Below are positions 8,538-17,473 of a DNA stretch of 51,180 bases, piece by piece. This stretch comes from Acutalibacteraceae bacterium. GTDB lineage: Bacteria > Bacillota > Clostridia > Oscillospirales > Acutalibacteraceae. The stretch is taken from contig JAZNHK010000213.1 in NCBI GenBank assembly GCA_045576915.1, forward strand, positions 1 through 51,180, in the 5' to 3' direction. The position numbers and the translations under genes were made by a program. The notes beneath the pieces were generated by a model. That model did no database searches. It was given only the letters and a program-made list of their open reading frames with translations, and was not told the origin of the DNA. Every line of letters begins with the position of its first letter. The first letter of the stretch is position 1.

Positions 8538-10209
8538 CAGAAATCGACTCCTTTAATTTTGCAAGTGCGATTTTTGTTTCTGCTGCAGTTTCACCTAAAA
8601 GTGATGCAATTTCCTGAACAATTCGCATCTGCTTGTCAACAACTTTGTCGGCAACCTCAATGGTTTGTCGGCTTATATTTTCTTTTCTTTCTTTTTGCTC
8701 TTCCTCTGCGGTAACATCTCTCATAATACCGATAAGAAGATGAGAATCTCTGTCATAAACAACAGTCTGCTCAACAAACCTCTTATATTCTGCAAGATAA
8801 ACTCGCTGGTCGCTTACGCCCCTACCTGTTTTAAGAACATTTTCGAAAACTGCAGGGTCAAGAATACGAATAACATTATCACCCAGAATATCGGAAGCAT
8901 AGCGAATATTCATAATTTCTCTTGCAGCTCTGTTAATTTGCTGAACCTCAAGATTCTCATTAAGAACAATAAGACCATTTGGTGAACTGTTTACAATAGT
9001 GTCAGAAAAGCTTTCTGCTTTATCCTTAAGGAAAGGAAGGCACATTGAAATCTCCGCCTTACCCTGACAAATAGCCGCCGCTTTTTCACGGCAGGTATTA
9101 TAGCCACAAGAACCACAGTTAAGCTCCTGTGAAGGCTTAAATTTACCCATCTGACGAAGAACAGCGTTAATTTCTGTTTCTGTGGGTTGTGGATATCTTT
9201 GCTCAATATATTCAAACTGCTTTTTTAATTCCGAAGTTTTAGGCTGAGAAACCTCGAAATCCTTTTTACCTGCATAGTTTACGATAGTAATATAATCCTT
9301 GATCGTTTCCGTGTGGTGATATTTTTCCATAACAGGACCACCCATACAGCTACCAACGCAAGCTGACATTTCAATAAAGCATTTATGAACTTTTCCGCTT
9401 TCAATGTCTTTAAGAGCAGCTACACAGTTTTCCACACCATCAAGGGCAATATATGTATATCCTGGTGCATCCTGTGCCATTGTTTTAAGCACACCACCTG
9501 TTGTGGGGAAGAAACGTGCACGACTGAAATCATCATTATCTTTTTCAGGTTCAAACTCAATATTTTCACTTTTAAGCCATGTTGTAAGCTCTTCGAATGT
9601 AAGAACTGCATCAACTATACCCTGATAATGCTCTGCTTCATCCTTCTTTGAAACACAAGGTCCGACAAAAACTGTTTTTGCATCGGGATGGCGTTTCTTT
9701 ATATCCATACAATGAGCCTGCATAGGTGAAAGAACATCTGCAAGATATTCAAGTGATGCAGGGAAATATTTCTGTATAAGTAAGTTTATAGAATGACAGC
9801 AAGAGGTTATGATTATATCTCTGTCATCCTCTTCGAGCATTCTCTCATATTCATTTTTTACAATTGTTGCACCGATAGCTGTTTCTTCAACATCATAAAA
9901 GCCCAGCTTTTTAAGGGCTTTTCTCATTGAATTTATACCAACGCCATCGTAATTTGCAACGAATGAAGGAGCAAGACTTACTATAACCTTTTCTCTTGCC
10001 TGTAAAAATACTTTTACTTTTTCGGTTTCATCAACAATCTCTTTTGCATTTTGAGGGCACACAACAAAGCACTGACCGCAAAGAATACATTCGTTGCCAA
10101 TAATATGTGCCTGGTTTCCCGAAAAACGGATAGCTTTAACGGGACAATGACGAATACATTTATAACAGTTTTTGCAATTGGATTTTTTTAATGTTAAGCA
10201 ATTGGGCAT
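8530..10209 (-). CDS. hydS: Sensory group-C-type [FeFe]-hydrogenase with a C-terminal PAS domain (HydS/HfsB-like)
   Basis: Two CxxCxxCxxxCP motifs are present. The H-domain motifs are TSCCHS, GPCVSKKDE and EMSACVGSCMGG. An extra Cx2Cx4Cx16C motif (CGSCGYNTC, 16 residues, C) precedes a PAS-like C-terminal region. Confidence 0.8.
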   Translation of the reverse strand: MPNCLTLKKSNCKNCYKCIRHCPVKAIRFSGNQAHIIGNECILCGQCFVVCPQNAKEIVDETEKVKVFLQAREKVIVSLAPSFVANYDGVGINSMRKALKKLGFYDVEETAIGATIVKNEYERMLEEDDRDIIITSCCHSINLLIQKYFPASLEYLADVLSPMQAHCMDIKKRHPDAKTVFVGPCVSKKDEAEHYQGIVDAVLTFEELTTWLKSENIEFEPEKDNDDFSRARFFPTTGGVLKTMAQDAPGYTYIALDGVENCVAALKDIESGKVHKCFIEMSACVGSCMGGPVMEKYHHTETIKDYITIVNYAGKKDFEVSQPKTSELKKQFEYIEQRYPQPTETEINAVLRQMGKFKPSQELNCGSCGYNTCREKAAAICQGKAEISMCLPFLKDKAESFSDTIVNSSPNGLIVLNENLEVQQINRAAREIMNIRYASDILGDNVIRILDPAVFENVLKTGRGVSDQRVYLAEYKRFVEQTVVYDRDSHLLIGIMRDVTAEEEQKERKENISRQTIEVADKVVDKQMRIVQEIASLLGETAAETKIALAKLKESISDE

Positions 10210-10215
10210 TTCCCG

Positions 10216-10476
10216 TTACTTCCTTTCAACATTTAAACGTGCTAGAACATTATCATTGAGAAAGTCTTTGAAATTTTCTTTGGTTACACCTGTATAAACT
10301 TCGTCATCAACCTGTACAGTTACCCCAATGCGGTTACACTTGCCGATGCAAAAGCTACCGACAAGTGTTACCTGATTTTCCAAATGATAATCTTCAACGG
10401 CTTTTTGTAAAAGCTCAACAATTTCCTGAGAGCCTTTTAAGTGGCATGAGCTGCCAACACAAACCTGAATAATCAT
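10216..10476 (-). CDS. Thioredoxin-like [2Fe-2S] ferredoxin, tandem copy 2
   Basis: The four-Cys pattern is VCVGSSCH...FCIGKC, spaced Cx4C...Cx3C. The size is 86 aa. Confidence 0.7.
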   Translation of the reverse strand: MIIQVCVGSSCHLKGSQEIVELLQKAVEDYHLENQVTLVGSFCIGKCNRIGVTVQVDDEVYTGVTKENFKDFLNDNVLARLNVERK

Positions 10477-10477
10477 C

Positions 10478-10717
10478 TTATATCTTACCTTTTACGTTTT
10501 CTTCAAAAAACTCTGTTACTGTTTCGGGAGTTACTGAATAAAAATCATCATTAACAGTTACGCAAACACCCTGCTGACATTTACCCATACAAAATGTTCC
10601 GCCTAATTCTACTTTATCACCTAAATTGTTTTCTTTAATAAGGTACTGAAGCTGTTCAACAACCTGACGAGAACCTTTGATATGGCAAGAGCTACCGATA
10701 CAAACTGTAATTTTCAT
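10478..10717 (-). CDS. Thioredoxin-like [2Fe-2S] ferredoxin, tandem copy 1
   Basis: The four-Cys pattern is VCIGSSCH...FCMGKC. The protein is 79 aa and roughly half identical to the neighbouring copy. Confidence 0.7.
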   Translation of the reverse strand: MKITVCIGSSCHIKGSRQVVEQLQYLIKENNLGDKVELGGTFCMGKCQQGVCVTVNDDFYSVTPETVTEFFEENVKGKI

Positions 10718-10739
10718 TATATTTATCTCCTCTTTTTAA

Positions 10740-11489
10740 TTATTCGTAATCAACAACATTCACCCAGGAAAGAAGGAACTCTCTTTCTTTTTCGTTGCCT
10801 TTAACTGACTGAGAAGCAGCAACGATAGGCATCCACTTCTGAACATACTGTTTTGCAGTGTTGCTCTTTTTACAAAATAAATCAAGATACTTTTTAGCAC
10901 CTTCGATATCGCCATTGAGCCAGAAAAGAAGATATGTTCTTGCAGCATCTGCAGAAGCGTTACCCTGAGTTGCGTGTGACCAGTCTAAAATGTAAGGAGT
11001 ACCATCCTCTGCAACTATAATATTGGAGGGGTTGAAGTCACCGTGACAAACTTTGTTATGCTTGGGCATGCCCTCAAGTCTTGTGTGAAGGTCGTAGCGT
11101 GTTGTAGCATCAAGCTCAGATGCACTGATTTTACGATTCATTTTATCTTTAAGCTTGTTAAGGAGAGGGCAAACTTTTGAATGAACATCCAACTGAATAT
11201 CAACGAGCAATTCTATGTATTCGTCTTTCTTTTCAGCATCCTCATCCATAAGCTGCTGAAGAGTTTTGCCCTTAATGTATTCTGAAACAATTGCCCATTT
11301 ACCATCAACCATTGTTACCTCAGCAACTTTGGGTATGTTGAGACCTGTTTCTTCGATTCTTGCCTGATTCAAAGCTTCATTAAGAACATCTGCTTTTGAA
11401 TAATCTGTGTTGAAAACTTTTACACATTTATCACCATCGCGATAAATAGTTTTGTCATTTCTTACTGCAATAACTCTGTCAAGTTTCAT
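10740..11489 (-). CDS. Protein-kinase-fold phosphotransferase (APH/ChoK-like), a putative Ser/Thr kinase of the hydrogenase-sensing module
   Basis: The catalytic loop is HGDFNPSNIIV, followed by ILDWSHA. The size is 249 aa. Confidence 0.6.
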   Translation of the reverse strand: MKLDRVIAVRNDKTIYRDGDKCVKVFNTDYSKADVLNEALNQARIEETGLNIPKVAEVTMVDGKWAIVSEYIKGKTLQQLMDEDAEKKDEYIELLVDIQLDVHSKVCPLLNKLKDKMNRKISASELDATTRYDLHTRLEGMPKHNKVCHGDFNPSNIIVAEDGTPYILDWSHATQGNASADAARTYLLFWLNGDIEGAKKYLDLFCKKSNTAKQYVQKWMPIVAASQSVKGNEKEREFLLSWVNVVDYE

Positions 11490-11507
11490 TTTAATATCTC
11501 CCTTCTC

Positions 11508-14207
11508 TTACGCTTTTTTACCCTTGTTGTAGGGTGCTTTAACTACATTTACTTCTACACCTGCTGCAAGGTCTGCTGCTGTGGGTTTTGCTTTTTCAAC
11601 AAAATGTTTACCGTAGTATGCATTAAGATACATTTCTTTCAATTCACTCATAAGAGGATAACGGGGGTTAGCACCTGTACACTGGTCATCAAATGCCTGT
11701 TCAACCATTTCGTCAAGGTTGTCAAGGAATACTTTTTCATCAATACCGTAATCCTTGATTGTTTCTTTAATACCAACCTTTACTTTAAGGTCGTTGATTG
11801 CTTTAATAAGGTTTTCAAGTTTTTCGTTGTCATCCTTACCGCCAAGACCAAGATAATCTGCAATTTCTGCATAGCGAGCAAGAGTGTGAGGATGATCGTA
11901 CTGTGAGAATGTACCCATCTTTGCGGGTGCTTCACAAGCATTGAAGCGGATAACCTCTTCAATCATAAGTGCGTTTGCTACACCATGAGGAAGGTGGTGG
12001 AAAGCACCGAGCTTATGTGCCATTGAGTGACAAATACCAAGGAATGCGTTAGCAAATGCCATACCTGCCATTGTTGCAGCGTTAGCCATTTTTTCTCTTG
12101 CTTCTACGTCTGTCTGGCCATTGTCATAAGCACGAGGGAGATATTTGAAAATATTTTTAAGAGCCTGGAGTGCAAGACCATCTGTGTAATCAGTTGCAAG
12201 CATTGCAGCGTAAGCTTCAACTGCGTGAGTTACAGCGTCGATACCTGATGCAGCTGTAAGACCCTTAGGAGCAGACATATGGAAATCAGTATCAATAATT
12301 GCCATATTGGGAAGAAGCTCATAGTCTGCAAGAGGATATTTTACACCAGTTGATTCATCTGTAATAACTGCAAAGGGTGTTACCTCTGAACCTGTACCTG
12401 CAGATGTGGGAACAGCAATAAAGTATGCTTTTTCACCCATTTTGGGGAATGTGTAAACTCTCTTACGGATATCAATGAAACGCATTGCCATATCCATAAA
12501 GTCTGCTTCGGGATGCTCATAAAGAACCCACATGATTTTTGCTGCGTCCATTGCAGAACCGCCACCAAGAGCGATAATTGTATCGGGCTTGAATGCTGCC
12601 ATCTGTGCTGCACCGCTTTTTGCATTTTTAAGAGTGGGGTCAGGCTGAACATCAAAGAATGTTGTATGAGCAATACCCATTTCGTCAAGTTTATCTGTAA
12701 TGGGCTTTGTATAGCCGTTTTCATAAAGGAATGTGTCTGTAACGATAAATGCTTTCTTTGCTCCTCTTACTGTTTTGAGCTCGTCAAGAGCAACCGGTAA
12801 GCATCCTTTCTTGATATATACCTTTTCGGGTGCTCTGAACCAAAGCATATTTTCCCTTCTTTCTGCAACTGTTTTGGTATTTATAAGATGTTTAACGCCA
12901 ACGTTTTCTGATACGGAGTTACCACCCCAGGAACCGCAACCTAATGTAAGAGAGGGAGCAAGTTTGAAGTTGTAAAGGTCACCGATACCACCGTGTGAAG
13001 AAGGTGTGTTAACAAGAATACGGCAAGTTTTCATACGAGCTGCAAACTCATTGATTTTTTCTGTTTCAGTTACTTCATTAAGGTATACTGAAGATGTATG
13101 ACCATAACCGCCATCTGCAACGAGCTGTTCTGCTTTATCAAGGGCATCAGAGAAAGATGTTGCTTTGTACATAGCAAGAACGGGTGAAAGCTTTTCGTGT
13201 GCAAACTCTTCGCTGATATCAACGCTTTCAACTTCACCGATAAGGATTTTTGTTCCTTCGGGAACTGTTACGCCTGAAAGCTCTGCAATTTTTGCAGCGG
13301 ACTGACCAACGATTTTTGCATTAAGAGCACCGTTGATGATAATTGTTTTTCTTACTTTTTCTGTTTCTGCATCATTAAGGAAATAACATCCTCTGCTAGC
13401 GAATTCAGTTTTAACTGCGTCATAGATATTTTCAAGAACGATAACTGACTGCTCAGAAGCACAAATCATACCGTTGTCAAATGTTTTTGAGTGAATGATT
13501 GAGTTAACAGCAAGAAGAATATCTGCAGATTCATCAATGATTGCAGGAGTGTTACCTGCACCAACGCCAAGAGCAGGTTTACCGCTTGAATAAGCAGCCT
13601 TAACCATACCAGGACCACCTGTTGCAAGAATTATATCTGCTTCTTTCATTACTGTATTTGTCATTTCAAGAGAAGGAACGTCAATCCAATCAATAATTCC
13701 TTCGGGAGCACCTGCTGCTACTGCTGCTTCAAGCACAAGCTTCGCTGCTGCAATTGTGCAGTTTTTTGCTCTGGGGTGAGGAGAGATAATAATTGCATTT
13801 CTTGTTTTAAGAGCAAGAAGACATTTGAAAATTGCAGTTGATGTGGGGTTTGTTGTAGGAATAACTGCTGCAACAACACCGATGGGCTCTGCAATCTTTT
13901 TAGTACCAAAAGCCTTGTCCTCTTCGATTACACCACAAGTTTTTGTTTCCTTATAGGCATTGTAGATATATTCTGAAGCGTAGTTATTTTTAATAACCTT
14001 ATCTTCAACAATACCCATACCGGTTTCTTCAACAGCCATTTTTGCAAGAGGGATTCTTGCTTTGTTTGCTGCAGAAGCCGCTGCTAAAAAGATTTTATCA
14101 ACCTGTTCCTGAGTGTATGTAGCAAACTTCTTCTGAGCCTCTCTTGTGCGTTCAATTGCTTCCTGAAGTTTTTCTACACAATCAATGATTTCGTACTTGT
14201 TGTCCAT
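11508..14207 (-). CDS. adhE: Bifunctional acetaldehyde-CoA/alcohol dehydrogenase
   Basis: The 899-aa protein has an N-terminal aldehyde dehydrogenase domain and a C-terminal iron-type alcohol dehydrogenase domain (GGGSAMDAAK and HSMAHKLG motifs). A GGAGGA RBS precedes the ATG. Confidence 0.95.
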   Translation of the reverse strand: MDNKYEIIDCVEKLQEAIERTREAQKKFATYTQEQVDKIFLAAASAANKARIPLAKMAVEETGMGIVEDKVIKNNYASEYIYNAYKETKTCGVIEEDKAFGTKKIAEPIGVVAAVIPTTNPTSTAIFKCLLALKTRNAIIISPHPRAKNCTIAAAKLVLEAAVAAGAPEGIIDWIDVPSLEMTNTVMKEADIILATGGPGMVKAAYSSGKPALGVGAGNTPAIIDESADILLAVNSIIHSKTFDNGMICASEQSVIVLENIYDAVKTEFASRGCYFLNDAETEKVRKTIIINGALNAKIVGQSAAKIAELSGVTVPEGTKILIGEVESVDISEEFAHEKLSPVLAMYKATSFSDALDKAEQLVADGGYGHTSSVYLNEVTETEKINEFAARMKTCRILVNTPSSHGGIGDLYNFKLAPSLTLGCGSWGGNSVSENVGVKHLINTKTVAERRENMLWFRAPEKVYIKKGCLPVALDELKTVRGAKKAFIVTDTFLYENGYTKPITDKLDEMGIAHTTFFDVQPDPTLKNAKSGAAQMAAFKPDTIIALGGGSAMDAAKIMWVLYEHPEADFMDMAMRFIDIRKRVYTFPKMGEKAYFIAVPTSAGTGSEVTPFAVITDESTGVKYPLADYELLPNMAIIDTDFHMSAPKGLTAASGIDAVTHAVEAYAAMLATDYTDGLALQALKNIFKYLPRAYDNGQTDVEAREKMANAATMAGMAFANAFLGICHSMAHKLGAFHHLPHGVANALMIEEVIRFNACEAPAKMGTFSQYDHPHTLARYAEIADYLGLGGKDDNEKLENLIKAINDLKVKVGIKETIKDYGIDEKVFLDNLDEMVEQAFDDQCTGANPRYPLMSELKEMYLNAYYGKHFVEKAKPTAADLAAGVEVNVVKAPYNKGKKA

Positions 14208-14271
14208 ATATATCCTCCTAATAAAAATTACAGATTTAATCGGGCAGCCTTGGCCTCGCCCTTGCTTAACT

Positions 14272-14289
14272 TTGTTATTATTTTAACAA
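14272..14289. promoter_or_regulatory. Rex (NADH/NAD+ redox repressor) operator candidate upstream of adhE
   Basis: TTGTTATTATTTTAACAA compared with the clostridial Rex consensus TTGTTAANNNNTTAACAA has one mismatch in the 14 constrained positions. The site lies 65-82 nt upstream of the adhE ATG. Confidence 0.6.
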
Positions 14290-14390
14290 CCCTAAGGCAA
14301 ATATGGAATTCTTAAAACATATAACTAGTGTTATCATTTTTGATAACACCTTCTTTTTGCTGTAAATTACTGACCTTTAACAACATAAAA

Positions 14391-15311
14391 TTATAAATGC
14401 TTCCTTTTGGATTCGCACAAAGCTGTAATAAACTGCCTGTCCAATTTGGAAAGCCTATACCCGTTTTTATAAATCAGAATATCTTTATAAACTTTTTTGT
14501 TATCCTTGCATTTTTTCTGCACAAGGTTATATCTTTTCAATAAACTTTCGGGTGCCGGTGAAACCCACATAAAGGTTTGCGGATTGATAGAAAGCAAATC
14601 GAACTGACTTGCCCTTTCAAAAATAAAAATTCTGCGGTTAATATTATCCGGCAACTCTTCTTTAACAACTTTAGAAAGTGGCATTGACGGAACATAAGGG
14701 TCTGCGTGGGCAATTTCAATATAATCCTTCAAATCATCAAAGGTTATTTCATCCTTTTGTGAAAGTGGATTTTCAACACTCATAAGTAAAGAATATGTAA
14801 ACTCTGTTACCAATTCATATTGAAAGCCCTTTTCCTCCAGCATAGATTTGAAATATCTGTCATAATTTTCTGCATATCTGATAATACCCAACTTATAATC
14901 GTGCTCAAGCATATTACGTATTGTTCGTTGGGAATTTGTTTCTTTATAAAATATTTCTGCCGCATCTTCGGAAAGTGATTTTGAAAACTCAGCAAAAGCT
15001 TCAGAGATATAACAAGCACGGGGGACAGAAATTGAAAACTCTTGTTTTTTGGCTACTCCGTTTTTATAAAAATCTTCAATATGTTCTATCTGACTCAGAA
15101 TACCCTTTGCAAAGCTTATAAACTCCTCCCCTTCAGGAGTAAGCTCCATACCTTTAGTGGTACGCTCAAAAATAGTTATTCCCAAGTCTGATTCAAGTTC
15201 TTTTATCGAACGGCTTATATTGGGCGTTGCAATAAGCAAGGTTTCTGAAGCCTTTCCTAAAGACCCTAACCTTGCAACTTCAACGGCATATTTCATATGA
15301 AGTAAATTCAT
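14391..15311 (-). CDS. LysR-family transcriptional regulator
   Basis: The HTH is MNLLHMKYAVEVARLGSLGKASETLLIATPNISRSIKELESDLGITIFERT. I moved the start to the internal Met, because the track ORF starts 18 codons earlier. Confidence 0.8.
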   Translation of the reverse strand: MNLLHMKYAVEVARLGSLGKASETLLIATPNISRSIKELESDLGITIFERTTKGMELTPEGEEFISFAKGILSQIEHIEDFYKNGVAKKQEFSISVPRACYISEAFAEFSKSLSEDAAEIFYKETNSQRTIRNMLEHDYKLGIIRYAENYDRYFKSMLEEKGFQYELVTEFTYSLLMSVENPLSQKDEITFDDLKDYIEIAHADPYVPSMPLSKVVKEELPDNINRRIFIFERASQFDLLSINPQTFMWVSPAPESLLKRYNLVQKKCKDNKKVYKDILIYKNGYRLSKLDRQFITALCESKRKHL

Positions 15312-15514
15312 TCCGGTACACCACCCTTTTTTTCCGATTATAGCACCGGAATATATAAAAATCAATTAGAAATATAAAGCATAATAATATCTCATATTGA
15401 AATCTTTAATATAAGTATTGTATAATTATTTTCAATCAGAAATTTCAAAAACCACCGAACCCCTTCTTTTTATTTTCACAAATATTTACAAACACTTTAA
15501 CCGGAGGAAATTAT

Positions 15515-16120
15515 ATGAAACTGATTTTATCATCTTATGATTTTCTTAAAGTAGAATCTAAAAACCTTATAACTGAACACCTGACGAAGCCGTTAAACGA
15601 ATGTCGCATACTTTTTATCCCCGATGAAACTGCTACTTCAGAAATTATAGAAAGTGATTTCTATTACAAGAATTTGTGCGAATACGGCTTCAAACGTGAA
15701 AATATTTTTATTTTCAATCACACAAAAGCCCAAAAATTCACTAATCTACCAATAGATGTTATATACGTAGGTGGCGGAAACACTTTCGGTATAATTGATA
15801 AAATCCGTAAATGCAATTTTGATACTGCCATAATAAACTATGTAAAAGCAGGAGTTGTATACATAGGTGTCAGTGCAGGTGCACATATTGTTACACAAAA
15901 CATTGAACACATTCTGGAATATGATGATAACAACGTAAATTTAACGGATTTCAGCGGTCTTGGACTTTATGACGGTATCATTGTTTGCCACTACACCTAC
16001 CACCGTAAAGACCATCTGGATAGACTGATAGCAGAAAAAAAGTACAAAGTAGACTATTTAACAGATTCTGATTGTATTGTTCACACAGATAAAGAAACAT
16101 TCACTTACCAATGGTGGTAA
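15515..16120 (+). CDS. Peptidase S51 (dipeptidase E-like)
   Basis: Motifs YVGGGNTF and GVSAGAHIV are present in a 201-aa protein. A GGAGGA RBS precedes the start. Confidence 0.65.
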   Translation: MKLILSSYDFLKVESKNLITEHLTKPLNECRILFIPDETATSEIIESDFYYKNLCEYGFKRENIFIFNHTKAQKFTNLPIDVIYVGGGNTFGIIDKIRKCNFDTAIINYVKAGVVYIGVSAGAHIVTQNIEHILEYDDNNVNLTDFSGLGLYDGIIVCHYTYHRKDHLDRLIAEKKYKVDYLTDSDCIVHTDKETFTYQWW

Positions 16121-16139
16121 GTGAATGTTTTTTGCTATA

Positions 16140-17360
16140 TTACTCGCCTTCAACCAACTCAAAGGTATCCTGAGCAATCATAAGTTCTTCGTTTGTTGGA
16201 ATTACGAACATTTTAATTTTTGACTCAGATGTAGAAAACTCTATTTCTTCGCCTCGGGTATTGTTTTTAGCTTCATCTATTTCCACGCCCATAAAAGCGA
16301 GTTTTTCTGCAACAGCTTTCCTGTATTTGGGGTTATTTTCACCTATACCACCTGTGAAAACAATTGCATCAACGCCACCCATTGCAGCTGCAAAGGAGCC
16401 TACATATTTCGTAAGCTGATGGCAAAGCATTTTTTCTACAAGAATTGCTTTTTCATTACCATCTTTAATAAGTTTTTCTATCGCAATGTTGTCACTGGTT
16501 TTTTGGGTAATACCCAACATTCCTGACTTTTTGTTTAATACCTCATCAACTTGCTTAACTGTAAGCTTCTCTTTTTCCATAAGCACACCCACAATTGCAG
16601 GGTCAATGCTACCGCAACGAGTACCCATCATAATACCCTCAAGAGGTGTAAGACCCATTGTTGTATCAAAGCATTTACCATCAACAATGGCAGAAATAGA
16701 GGAACCGTTACCAAGATGGCAGGTTATAATTTTACTATGCTCAGGGTCACCTAAAAGCTCATTGCAACGCCTTGAAACAAATCTGTGAGAGGTTCCGTGA
16801 AAACCATATTTACGAATACCATAGTTTTCATAATATTCATAAGGCAATGCATACATATATGCAAAATCCGGCATTGTCTGATGAAATGCAGTATCAAAAA
16901 CAGCTACCTGAGGAACACCGGGTAAAAGCTCTTCAAAAGCCTTAATGCCTGTTAAGTTTGCAGGATTGTGCAATGGTCCTAAAGGAATACATTCTTCAAT
17001 AGCTTTTTTTACATCCTCATTAACAACAACAGATTCGCTGAATTTTTCACCAGCGTGAAGAACTCTATGTCCCACAGCGTGTATTTCAGAAAGCTCTTTT
17101 ACAACCCCAACAACAGGATGCTTAAGAATTTCAACAAGATCTTCTATAGCTTCATAATGAGTCATTTTTTCTTTAAGCTGCTCTTTATCGAGTACTTTTA
17201 TAAACTCATCATCGGAACCCGGTATCTTGTGGGTAACTGTTGCAACTGAGGTTGATTCAAGCTGAGAAAATATACCCGTACACAAAACATTACCACTGGG
17301 CATAGCAAAAACAGTATATTTAAGTGATGAACTACCACAATTTATTACTAAAACTTTCAT
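16140..17360 (-). CDS. ackA: Acetate kinase
   Basis: MKVLVINCGSSSLKY is the canonical N-terminus, and GFHGTSH and GGIGEN motifs are present. The start is trimmed to the Met that has an AAGGTG RBS. Confidence 0.93.
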   Translation of the reverse strand: MKVLVINCGSSSLKYTVFAMPSGNVLCTGIFSQLESTSVATVTHKIPGSDDEFIKVLDKEQLKEKMTHYEAIEDLVEILKHPVVGVVKELSEIHAVGHRVLHAGEKFSESVVVNEDVKKAIEECIPLGPLHNPANLTGIKAFEELLPGVPQVAVFDTAFHQTMPDFAYMYALPYEYYENYGIRKYGFHGTSHRFVSRRCNELLGDPEHSKIITCHLGNGSSISAIVDGKCFDTTMGLTPLEGIMMGTRCGSIDPAIVGVLMEKEKLTVKQVDEVLNKKSGMLGITQKTSDNIAIEKLIKDGNEKAILVEKMLCHQLTKYVGSFAAAMGGVDAIVFTGGIGENNPKYRKAVAEKLAFMGVEIDEAKNNTRGEEIEFSTSESKIKMFVIPTNEELMIAQDTFELVEGE

Positions 17361-17473
17361 ACTAAACACCTTCAAAATAAATTTATATAAATACTTTAAA
17401 TCCTCTTTAGATAAGTCGCCCATTCAAACCTCGTCTCCTCATAATATTTTAACACATAGAGCTTCAAAGTCAA

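Noticed and set aside
14328-14349. Palindrome GTGTTATCA-TTTTT-GATAACAC as a second operator for adhE
   Set aside because: It lies 42 nt downstream of the LysR gene stop on the same strand. It is more simply that gene's terminator hairpin, with an AT-rich 8-bp stem. It is kept only as a low-probability regulatory site.
16140-17423. N-terminal extensions in the track ORFs. Examples are ackA with 21 extra aa, LysR with 18, the 19141 phosphoesterase with 7, lysC with 18, SASP with 7, and the 22727 and 23350 genes.
   Set aside because: Internal Met codons coincide with canonical family N-termini and are preceded by Shine-Dalgarno motifs. The longer starts lack an RBS.
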